From Acidimicrobiia bacterium (GTDB taxonomy: Bacteria > Actinomycetota > Acidimicrobiia > Acidimicrobiales > Bin134), in NCBI GenBank assembly GCA_022821105.1, contig JAJEEH010000019.1, positions 1 through 63,014 of the forward strand: 63,014 nucleotides of DNA, given 5' to 3'. This document shows, piece after piece, positions 38,115-46,584 of the stretch (position 1 is its first letter; every line of letters starts with the position of its first letter). Both the position numbers and the translations under genes were made by a program. Under the pieces are notes generated by a model that had not been told where the DNA came from, searched no databases, and saw nothing but the letters and a program-made list of their open reading frames with translations.

Positions 38115-39119
38115 ATGAGATCAAATTCAGCCAACCGCCGAGCAGTTGATGTCTTGGCCCGCCAGTTGGAGCTGTGCCGGGCCGCACCCGGGCGCCCAGC
38201 AATGGTGCTGTCCGACGGGGCCACTGACCCTGCACTGGTTGACGCCGCAATCCATGCCTTAGACCAAATCGGGGCCCAGGCCGAATCGGTGTTTGTCGAC
38301 GATCAGTCGTCTAACGAAGAGAATGCTGAGCCGACAATGCCCGACATCGTCGTCAACCTGCTCGACGGCTACTCGGATGCGGCTGAAACCCTGGTCTCTC
38401 ACAACGCCCGAGTGCTGTCGGTGGTTGCCCACACCACCGGCGAACTGCACGGAGTGGTACCCCATGTCGGATTGAGCCGTCGGGTCAAACGGGGATTGGA
38501 CCTGCTGGAAGCCGGACAGGAACTGCACGTAGGCGATGACAAGGGCACAAACTTGCGGATCGGTTTGAGAGGTGCCCGCCGGTGGATGCACGACGGCCTG
38601 GTCACCGTGCCCGGCACGGTCGCCGAGTGGCCCCGGGGGATGATCGGGTCTTCCCCGGCTGAAGAAACTGCCAAGGGAACCGTGGTCATGTCGCCCGGCG
38701 ACATTTGGCTGCCGATGGGCTGGTACGCCCGTTCCTCGGTGGCTTTGACCTTTGAGGGCGGGCGGATGGTGCGCATCGAGGGGCCGCGGAGCGAGACCGA
38801 TGCCATCCGGGCTCATCTGGCATCGGTGGGCTCTCCCTCGGCCTACCGGCTCGATGCGGTGGAGATCGGCCTGCTGTGGATTGACCGACCCAAGCGGCCA
38901 GCTCTTTTCGAGCCGGGGTTCGCCGATTCATTCGGAGTTGCCGACCGCTATGGCCATGTGGTGATAGCTACCGGCGACTACCCCACCGTGGGGATCGCCT
39001 GCTGTTTAAGAAGTGCCACAGTGGCGGTGGATGAGGTGGCTGCCGTGCGTTCGGGGCGGCCCCAGGGAGACCTCGCTCCCGACGTCTACGAACAGGCCGC
39101 CCACCGCTTCCCGCTGTAG
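38115..39119 (+). CDS. Hypothetical protein, possibly NicX / M29 aminopeptidase-like fold
   Basis: 334 aa. The segment TVVMSPGDIWLPMGWYARSSVALTFEGGRMVRIEGP resembles the NicX region TLVLDVGDIILPF...ITLEIEKGFITGIHGG from memory. The family assignment is weak. Confidence 0.5.
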   Translation: MRSNSANRRAVDVLARQLELCRAAPGRPAMVLSDGATDPALVDAAIHALDQIGAQAESVFVDDQSSNEENAEPTMPDIVVNLLDGYSDAAETLVSHNARVLSVVAHTTGELHGVVPHVGLSRRVKRGLDLLEAGQELHVGDDKGTNLRIGLRGARRWMHDGLVTVPGTVAEWPRGMIGSSPAEETAKGTVVMSPGDIWLPMGWYARSSVALTFEGGRMVRIEGPRSETDAIRAHLASVGSPSAYRLDAVEIGLLWIDRPKRPALFEPGFADSFGVADRYGHVVIATGDYPTVGIACCLRSATVAVDEVAAVRSGRPQGDLAPDVYEQAAHRFPL

Positions 39120-39130
39120 TGTCCCAGCGC

Positions 39131-40063
39131 ATGGAGATGCGCAGCATTGGAAGCTTGTCGGCCTCGGTTATCGGGCTGGGGTGCAACAACTTCGGCATGA
39201 CCATCGACGCCGATGCCACTCAGACGGTTGTCGACGCCGCTATGGACGCCGGGATCAACTACTTCGACACCGCCGACCTGTATGGCCGGGGCAAGTCTGA
39301 GGAGTTCCTCGGCGCCGCGTTGGGCGGCCGGCGCGACCAGGTGATTGTGGCCACCAAGTTCGGCCATCCGGGCGCCCTGCCCGAAGGCCAGAAGGGCGGC
39401 GACCCGGCCTGGATTCGCCAAGCCGTGGAGGCCAGCCTCACCCGGCTGAACACCGACCGCATCGACCACTACCAGCTCCACATGCCCGACACCGATACCC
39501 CGCAGGCCGAGACGTTGGGGGCGCTTCAAGAGCTGGTGGACGAGGGCAAGGTACTGGAGATCGGCTGTTCCAACTTCAGCGCCGAGCAGATCGACGAAGC
39601 GACTCGCGCCGCGGTGCAGGCGGAAGCGGGCAACTACGCCAGCGTGCAAAACCACTACTCGGTGCTAACCCGCAGCGTGGAGGATGAGGGCGTGGCAGAC
39701 GCCTGCGAGCGCACGGGGATGATGGTGGTCCCCTATTTCCCTTTGGAGTCCGGACTGCTCACCGGCAAGTACTCGGGGATGACGCCTCCCGAGGGATCGC
39801 GCCTGTCGATGTGGAAGGGCGAGATGCGCGACATGTTCCTCAGTGAGGACAACTTGGCCGCAGTGGACCGGCTTACCGACTATGCCGCCGACTCGGGCCA
39901 CAGCATTCTTGAGCTGGCCATCGGGTGGCTGGTGTCCAATCCGGCGGTGGCTACCGTCATCTGCGGCGCCACCAAGCCCTCCCAGGTGGCCTCCAACGTG
40001 GCGGCGGCCGACTGGGCAATGTCTCCTGCTCAGCGGTCCGAGATCGCTGCGCTGGCCTCCTAG
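39131..40063 (+). CDS. Aldo/keto reductase
   Basis: IGLGCNNFG, FDTADLYG and DHYQLH motifs. ATG at 39131 (the ORF track starts at GTG 39119). Confidence 0.8.
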   Translation: MEMRSIGSLSASVIGLGCNNFGMTIDADATQTVVDAAMDAGINYFDTADLYGRGKSEEFLGAALGGRRDQVIVATKFGHPGALPEGQKGGDPAWIRQAVEASLTRLNTDRIDHYQLHMPDTDTPQAETLGALQELVDEGKVLEIGCSNFSAEQIDEATRAAVQAEAGNYASVQNHYSVLTRSVEDEGVADACERTGMMVVPYFPLESGLLTGKYSGMTPPEGSRLSMWKGEMRDMFLSEDNLAAVDRLTDYAADSGHSILELAIGWLVSNPAVATVICGATKPSQVASNVAAADWAMSPAQRSEIAALAS

Positions 40064-40099
40064 GACATTCTTCGCACGCGCTCAGCGCTCGTCCGGGCT

Positions 40100-40161
40100 G
40101 CGGGTCCTGTCACCTACGGCGGCCTGTCCGGCGGAGCGGCCAGGTCCGCCTGCGGCGCCAC
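40100..40161. repeat. 62-nt GC-rich hairpin repeat, copy 2 (inverted relative to copy 1)
   Basis: Its reverse complement matches 18909..18970 at 60/62 positions. It lies between the convergent AKR and phosphomannomutase 3' ends. Confidence 0.6.
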
Positions 40162-40179
40162 CCACAGCCCTCACGGGGC

Positions 40180-41841
40180 TCATCTGCGACCAGAGCTCTC
40201 TGCCCTGTCAATCAGCTCTCGGACCGCCTCGCTCAAAGTTTGGAGCGGGTCGGGGAACTGGATGTCGCCGACTACCTCGATGTAGCCCTTGATCTGGGGT
40301 TCGGTCCCGCTGGGACGCAGGGACACCCGATTTCCGTCGGCAAGGTCGAACCGGAGCACATCCGCGGGGTACAGACCACTGGCACCTTCTTTGAAGTCGG
40401 TGGTCTCGGTTACCGCCACGCCTCCGAATTGACTAGGCAGGTTGGCTCGAACAGCTTCCATGATCTCTGTCCCAGGACGTCTGCCCAGTTCCACGCTCAC
40501 CTGATCCGTGCGATGGAGGCCGAACTCGTCCATCAGCTCGGCAAGCCGTTCAATGGGGGTCCGGCCGTCCTCGTAGGCCAGATGTCTGCACATCATGGTG
40601 AAATGGACCGCCGCGCTGATGCCGTCTTTGTCCCTCACCCTGTTGTTGCAGGCAAAGCCCAACGCCTCTTCGTAGCCGAACACGAACCTCCAAGGCAGGT
40701 GACCGGGCCGGGGTTTGAGGTTGTCGGCTGCCCGGGCGATCCATTTGAAGCCGGTCAGTGTTTCCACATGGGTAGCGCCCCGGGCCTCAGCGATGCGGCC
40801 GACCAGTCGGCCCGAGACGATGCTGGAGGCCACCACACGCTCGTCTCCACCTGACTCGACTCCCAATCCCAGAATCCAGTCGCAAAGCAGCGCTCCGATC
40901 TCATCGCCGGTCAATACGCGCCACTCGTTCTGGTAAGCCCACACCACGGCCGCCATCCGGTCGGCGTCTGGGTCGTTGGCTATGGCCAAGGGGGTGTCGA
41001 TCTGCTCGGCTCGCTTGATCACCTTGGCCAGGGTGTCGTGGTTCTCGGGATTGGGCGAGACAACGTTGCGGAATAGGGGATCGGGCTCGGCTTCGTCTTC
41101 CACTACAAAGGGTTCGCCATTGTCCAACTGTGTCAGCGCGAAGTTTACATAGTGCAGCCCCACCCCTTGAAGAGGGGTGTAAGCCAGCGGGTGGAACGAG
41201 TAGAGGCGGGGAACATTGGCCAAGATGGCCGCTATGTAATCCACCTCTACTGAGACCTTTTGCGGCCACTCCGGATCGGAACCTCGATCGGGCAGGTCCA
41301 AGGGAGGCAGCGGCTGGGCTGCCATAATCGCTTCGATGGCCTGATCGTGGGGCGGGATGACCTGGGCGCCGTCAGCCAGGTACAGCTTGAAACCGTTGTC
41401 GCCGACGGGATTATGACTGGCGGTGACCATGACACCTGCCGCGCACGTGAGTTTGGTGACGGCGAAGGCCAAGACGGGGGTGGGCGAATTGGGGGGCAGC
41501 GTCACGGGCCAGCAGCCAGCCCCGGCCAGGATCTCGGCGATGTCGGCGGCAAAAATGTCGGAGTTTTGGCGGGCGTCGTGGGCTATCACCACCCCGCCAC
41601 TGCCACCGAGCCACCCGGCCAGCGCGGCGGAGAACTGGCGCGCCACCACCCGGTTTATGCGGTTGGGGCCGGCGCCCATAGGGCCCCGAATTCCGGCAGT
41701 GCCGAACCGAAGGCGGTCGCCGAATCGGTCGTCTATTCCCGCTTGGTCGCCCGCGTCGATCAACTGCTGCAGCTCAGTTCGTGTGACTGGGTCAGGGTCA
41801 GCAGCCAGCCACTCTTCGGGCGTTGGGGCCTGGAAACTCAC
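40180..41841 (-). CDS. Phosphomannomutase/phosphoglucomutase family (alpha-D-phosphohexomutase)
   Basis: Active-site [17 protein letters not shown] and the Mg loop DPDADR. 553 aa. The GTG start overlaps the PNP stop (GTGA). Confidence 0.85.
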   Translation of the reverse strand: MSFQAPTPEEWLAADPDPVTRTELQQLIDAGDQAGIDDRFGDRLRFGTAGIRGPMGAGPNRINRVVARQFSAALAGWLGGSGGVVIAHDARQNSDIFAADIAEILAGAGCWPVTLPPNSPTPVLAFAVTKLTCAAGVMVTASHNPVGDNGFKLYLADGAQVIPPHDQAIEAIMAAQPLPPLDLPDRGSDPEWPQKVSVEVDYIAAILANVPRLYSFHPLAYTPLQGVGLHYVNFALTQLDNGEPFVVEDEAEPDPLFRNVVSPNPENHDTLAKVIKRAEQIDTPLAIANDPDADRMAAVVWAYQNEWRVLTGDEIGALLCDWILGLGVESGGDERVVASSIVSGRLVGRIAEARGATHVETLTGFKWIARAADNLKPRPGHLPWRFVFGYEEALGFACNNRVRDKDGISAAVHFTMMCRHLAYEDGRTPIERLAELMDEFGLHRTDQVSVELGRRPGTEIMEAVRANLPSQFGGVAVTETTDFKEGASGLYPADVLRFDLADGNRVSLRPSGTEPQIKGYIEVVGDIQFPDPLQTLSEAVRELIDRAESSGRR

Positions 41842-42646
41842 AGCACTCTGATCACGGTGCTCAGCACGTCGGTGACCCGGCTCTGGGCGGCCTGGCCGGC
41901 ATCCAGCACTTCTTGGTGATCCAGCGCCTCTCCCATGCCGGCGGCCGCGTTGGTAACCAGCGACACCCCGGCCACCTCAGCCCCCAGATGGCGAACGGCG
42001 ATGGCCTCCAGCACGGTGGACATGCCCACCAGGTCGGCGCCCATGCGGGCCAGCATGGTGATCTCCGCCGGGGTTTCGAAGTGCGGCCCCACCAGCCCGG
42101 CGTACACCCCCTCGCCCACCGTCGGGTCGATGCGACGCACGGCCTCGCGGATGCGGGACGAGTAAGATCGGTCAGGTCGGTGAACCGGATGGCGTAGCCC
42201 TCGGGCGGGGCTGGGCCGAACAGCGGGGACTGGCCGGTGAGGTTGATGTGATCGCTGATCAGCACCGGCTGGCCCACTCCGAAGGCAGGGTTCATGCAAC
42301 CGGCCGCGTTGGTGAGCACCACCGTGGAGCATCCCGCCGCCACCGCGGCCCGAACACCGTGGACCACGTCGGCCGGAGGATGGCCCTCGTAGAGATGGAC
42401 CCTCCCGGCCATCACCAGCACCCGCCGGTCGTCAACGGTCACCGATCGGAGGGTCCCGCCATGGCCAGGCACCGACGGGGGGTGGAATCCGGTGATGGTC
42501 TCGGCCGCGACCACTGCTTCGGCTGCGCCCAACCCTTCGGCGACCTCGGCCCAGCCCGAGCCCAGCACCACGGCAGCGTCAAAGCGGCCTCCCAACTGCT
42601 CGACCAGCTCTGCTCCGGCCAGCTCGGCCCGCTCGAATGGGTTCAT
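41838..42646 (-). pseudogene. punA: Purine nucleoside phosphorylase (trimeric PunA type) with a 1-nt frameshift near 42165
   Basis: The N-terminal 160 aa are in the frame of ORF 41861..42646, up to ...AIRFTDLTD. The C-terminal 108 aa (YSSRIREAV...HFETPAE...GMSTV...VTN) are in the frame of ORF 41838..42332. Only 2 nt lie between the GAT (42167..42169) and TAC (42162..42164) codons. After the shift, the first frame turns into W/R/P-rich nonsense. Confidence 0.75.
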
Positions 42647-42700
42647 GCCCTGATGGTAGAAGGCGTCGACGACACTTCCCGCACCGCGTTCGGCGGGGAG

Positions 42701-43681
42701 CTACTGGGCCAAATGGGCCAGCGAGCCTGAGGGGCGGGCGCCGAACTGGCTGATGGTCGTGGTGGCAGCCAAAGAGCCCAGCCTTCCGCACTGGGCCAGG
42801 TCCATACCCCGAGTCCAGCCGTAGAGGAAGCCGGAGGCGTACAGGTCGCCCGCTCCTGTGGTGTCCACCACTTCAGCCGCCGGTGCGGCCGGCACCTCGA
42901 TGATCTCGGTGGGAGTGACCAACACCGATCCCCGCTCGCTCCGGGTCAGCGCGGCCACCTGGCACCGCCCCTGTACCGCGGCCACCGCGGCCTCGAAGTC
43001 GTCGCCGGTCTCATACAGCGTGCAGATCTCGTGCTCGTTGCCGAACAGCAGGTCGATGGGGCCGTCCACCAAGTCGAGCCACTCCTGGTGGTGGCGCTCC
43101 ACGCAGAAACTGTCCGACAGTGTGAACGAGATGGTGCCCCCGGCGGCCGAGCAGATCGAGATGGCCTTGCGGATGGCCTCCTTGGTGATGTCCACGTCCC
43201 AGATGTAGCCCTCGCAGTACAGCACCTGGGCTGCCCCCACCAGGTCGGGATCGATGTCGTCGGGGTGCAATTCGGTACTGGCCCCCAAGTAGGTGTTCAT
43301 GGTGCGGGCCGCGTCGGGAGTCACAATGATGAGGCACCGGGCGGTGGGCGGCCCGTCGGCGGCCGGAGCCACCTAGAAGCGCACCCCCAGCGCCCCGATG
43401 TCGTGGGCAAACACCTCGCCGAGCTGGTCGTCGCGCACCTTTCCTATGTAGCCCACCTGTCCGCCGAACGACGCCACCCCGGCCACCGTGTTGGCCGCCG
43501 ACCCTCCCGACGTCTCGATGGCCGGCGCCATGGCGCCGTACAACTCCTCAGCCCGCTCGGCGTCGATCAGCGTCATCGCCCCCTTCACCAGGCCATGAGC
43601 CTCGATGAACTCGTGATCTTCAGTGCTGATCACATCGACAATGGCGTTGCCGATCCCCACCACGTCTAACGCCCCACTCAT
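42701..43681 (-). pseudogene. PfkB-family (adenosine kinase-like) carbohydrate kinase interrupted by an in-frame TAG at 43373..43375
   Basis: ORFs 43373..43681 and 42701..43372 share one frame: ...GALGVRF-TAG-VAPAADGPPTARCLIIVTPDAARTMNTYLGA.... The two halves together form one PfkB kinase (N-terminal GIGNAIVDV, C-terminal DTTGAGDLYASGF). Confidence 0.65.
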
Positions 43682-43793
43682 AGCGAACCGAGGCTACCGA
43701 GCACCCCGGCAACAGAACCAAGACGGGCAATTCAACCCGTCTCGCCATGACATCTGCCCGTGAATCTAAGGTTGAATCGGTGAGGCCGAGCCT

Positions 43794-44612
43794 ATGAGCG
43801 ACCGGATCGACGGGGACGAGTACCGGGTTTCCGATGAGGAGAAGGCGTACTTCGCGGAACACGGCTATGTGCATTTGCGGGGGGTGCTGACCAACGACGA
43901 GGTGGGCGAGCTCGAGGCTGTCTACGACCGGTTCCTCCGCCGCGAGATAGAGGTGCCGGGCAAGGACTACTGCGACATGGCCGGCGACTACGGCCGAGAC
44001 CCCGAAGACTTCTCAATCATCAACGTGATGCTGCCCCGGCGCTACTACCCGGCGTGGCAGGGCAACGTCTACGAGCGCCGAACGGCCTCAGCCGCCCGCC
44101 AACTGTGCGGCGACGGGATGACCATCGACTACGACCAGATCCTGGCCAAACAACCATTCAAGCTCGATGCGGTGTTCGCCTGGCACCAGGACATGGCCTA
44201 CTGGCCCGATACCCCCGACACCCGCACGGCCACCTTCTGGCTGGCCATCGACGACTCCACCATCGAGAACGGCTGCATGCGCTTCGTGCCGGCCACCAAT
44301 CGGGAACCGGAGCTGCGCCCCCACACCCCCCAGTACGGTGACCGGGGCGAGTCTCACGCCCTGGGCACCGAATTGCAGGAGGGCGACGAGCCGGTTCCCG
44401 TGCCCATCGCCCGGGGCGACGTGACCGTGCACAACGAGCGGGTGATGCACGGCTCGGGCGGCAACTCCACCGCCGGTTTCCGCCGGGCCTACGTGATCGC
44501 CTATCGATCCGAGGACACGGTGGCCATCGAGCGCCAGCTCGGTTTCACCCACAGCCACAACGACAGCGGCGATGTGCTCGACCAAGTGGGCGTGGAGGGC
44601 CAGACCCGCTAG
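43794..44612 (+). CDS. Phytanoyl-CoA dioxygenase (PhyH) family protein
   Basis: 272 aa. FAEHGYVHLRGVL N-terminus and WHQDMAYW (HxD) motif. Confidence 0.7.
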   Translation: MSDRIDGDEYRVSDEEKAYFAEHGYVHLRGVLTNDEVGELEAVYDRFLRREIEVPGKDYCDMAGDYGRDPEDFSIINVMLPRRYYPAWQGNVYERRTASAARQLCGDGMTIDYDQILAKQPFKLDAVFAWHQDMAYWPDTPDTRTATFWLAIDDSTIENGCMRFVPATNREPELRPHTPQYGDRGESHALGTELQEGDEPVPVPIARGDVTVHNERVMHGSGGNSTAGFRRAYVIAYRSEDTVAIERQLGFTHSHNDSGDVLDQVGVEGQTR

Positions 44613-44617
44613 GGCAG

Positions 44618-45586
44618 CTAGCCCGAGAAGACGTAGTCGACCTCTTCGGCGGACAGCTCTGCCCTCTCCGCCGCGGTGCTCTGCTCCACTTCCTCCACCG
44701 AGGCGTTGCCCACGATCACCAGCGGCTCGAAGTCGGCGTGGAGCGCCCAGGCCAGCGCCACCTGGCTCAGGCTCAATCCATGCTGGCGGCCCACCTCGGC
44801 GGCCCGCTCCCGCCGCGCCCAATTGACCTCATTGAGATAGCACCGGGCGGTGTCGGCCAGATGCCCCTCGGTGGCCGACTCCAGCTCGTCGCGGCCGATC
44901 CGCTCGCTCAGAAATCCCCCGGCCAGCGGCGACCAGGCGACAACCCTCACCCCCCGTTCCTGGTGCCAGGCCCGGTCGGCCGCCCGCCCCGCACCGGTGA
45001 GCGTGACCACGTCGTCCCACGGCTCGTCAAGCTGGTCGACAAGGCTCCAATGGGCGCTGTTGGCCACCGGTCCCCGCAGGTCGTGAGCGTCGGCGTATTC
45101 CACGGCCGCCTCCACCCGGGCCTTCGTCCAATTCGACACCCCCCACGCTCCGATGTGGCCCCGGTCGATGGCGGCGTTGACCGTCTCAACCAGAGTTCCG
45201 ATGTCCATGGCGGGATCGTCGCGGTGGAACATCCATAGATCGAGCTCGTCCACGCCGATCTGGCGTCGCGACAGTTCCATGTCCGCAGCTATGGCCTCAG
45301 GGGTCACCCGGGGACTCCAGTCGGGAAGCTCGGGGTGGCACCCCTTGGCAAAGAAGACGATGCCGTCCCGACCTCCCCGGTGGCGGACCCACCGGCCGAG
45401 GATGGCATCCACCCCGTCGTCGCCGAAGGCGTAGTTCACCGCGGTGTCGAACGTGTTGATCCCCGCATCAACGGCGGCATCGAGCATGGCGAAGCGACCT
45501 GGGTCGTCCAATGCGAACAGGCCAATGGCCCCTTGAACCACCCGGCTCACCGGGGTGGCGACTCCGGGAAACTCCACGTACTCCAC
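44618..45586 (-). CDS. Aldo/keto reductase
   Basis: 322 aa. AVDAGINTFDTAVNY and DLWMFHRDD motifs. GTG start. Confidence 0.8.
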   Translation of the reverse strand: MEYVEFPGVATPVSRVVQGAIGLFALDDPGRFAMLDAAVDAGINTFDTAVNYAFGDDGVDAILGRWVRHRGGRDGIVFFAKGCHPELPDWSPRVTPEAIAADMELSRRQIGVDELDLWMFHRDDPAMDIGTLVETVNAAIDRGHIGAWGVSNWTKARVEAAVEYADAHDLRGPVANSAHWSLVDQLDEPWDDVVTLTGAGRAADRAWHQERGVRVVAWSPLAGGFLSERIGRDELESATEGHLADTARCYLNEVNWARRERAAEVGRQHGLSLSQVALAWALHADFEPLVIVGNASVEEVEQSTAAERAELSAEEVDYVFSG

Positions 45587-46575
45587 TACTGCCCCATTTC
45601 GGTTTCGAAGGGGTACACCACCCCGATGCGGGCTCGAATCTCATCGCACAGTCCGGCCATCTCCAACGTTGACGACAGCGGCATGCGCTCGCTTTCGGTG
45701 CGCCCGTTCCGAACGCAGTCCACCACCTCTTGGATCTCGTATTCGAACCCGTTGGCCGGATGGGGAATCGCCTCGGTCTCCTCTTGGCCCCCGGCTCGGA
45801 GAATGGCCCGGTCGGCGGCCCAAAAGACAGGTATCTCGATCGACCCTTCGGTCCCGGAGATCACCGCGCTCGATTCCAGTTCGGCCACCACCGCAGAGCC
45901 GAGCTGGGCCAAACCGCCCCCCGGATACGACGCCGAAATGGAGACGATCTCATCCACATCGGTCTCGCCCACCCGGGCCACCACCCCGTAGTCCACCGGC
46001 GGTGCGCCGTACAGCCACCGGGCCAAGTGCAGCGGGTAGACCCCAACATCGAGCAGGCTCCCCCCGGCCAGGTCTGGATTGAACAGCCGGTGCTCGGGCA
46101 TCACGGGAGCGGCAAAGCCGAACGAGGCCGACAACTGCCGCACATCGCCGATGCGCCCCTCGTCTATCCAGCTCCGCACCACCTCATAGATGGGCAAGAA
46201 CCGAGTCCACATCGCCTCCATGGCGAAAACCCCGGCGTTCTGGGCGGCCTCCACGATGCGAGTCGCCCCCTCCAGGTTGGGCGCGATGGGCTTTTCCACC
46301 AGCACCGCCACCCCGGCGTCAATGCAGGCAACGGCCGCCTCGGCATGGGACGGATGAGGCGGGCAGATGTACACCGCGTCGAGTTCCTCGCCCTGAAGCA
46401 TCTCCCCCACCGACCCATAACTCGCCGCAATGCCGTTCTGCCGGGCAAACGCACCGGCCCGGCCCGCGTCCCTCCCCGCCACCGCAGCAACGAATGCCCC
46501 CTCCACAACCTCCATCGCCCCCAGAAACTGACCGGTGATGTGGCCGTGCCCAACCATCCCAAAACGAAAATCCAT
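45586..46575 (-). CDS. Gfo/Idh/MocA family oxidoreductase
   Basis: MDFRFGMVGHGHITGQF Rossmann start and the EKP motif (VLVEKPIA). ATG at 46575. Confidence 0.8.
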   Translation of the reverse strand: MDFRFGMVGHGHITGQFLGAMEVVEGAFVAAVAGRDAGRAGAFARQNGIAASYGSVGEMLQGEELDAVYICPPHPSHAEAAVACIDAGVAVLVEKPIAPNLEGATRIVEAAQNAGVFAMEAMWTRFLPIYEVVRSWIDEGRIGDVRQLSASFGFAAPVMPEHRLFNPDLAGGSLLDVGVYPLHLARWLYGAPPVDYGVVARVGETDVDEIVSISASYPGGGLAQLGSAVVAELESSAVISGTEGSIEIPVFWAADRAILRAGGQEETEAIPHPANGFEYEIQEVVDCVRNGRTESERMPLSSTLEMAGLCDEIRARIGVVYPFETEMGQ

Positions 46576-46584
46576 ATCCCCCAC

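Noticed and set aside
42160-42170. Programmed ribosomal frameshifting as an explanation for the split PNP gene
   Set aside because: There is no slippery heptamer at the junction (ACCGATCTTACTCG) and I saw no stimulatory structure. A 1-nt deletion (mutation or assembly error) is more parsimonious.
43373-43375. The in-frame TAG as a pyrrolysine or other recoded codon
   Set aside because: There is no Pyl context or known precedent in this enzyme family or phylum, and no PYLIS-like rationale. It is treated as a nonsense mutation or consensus error.
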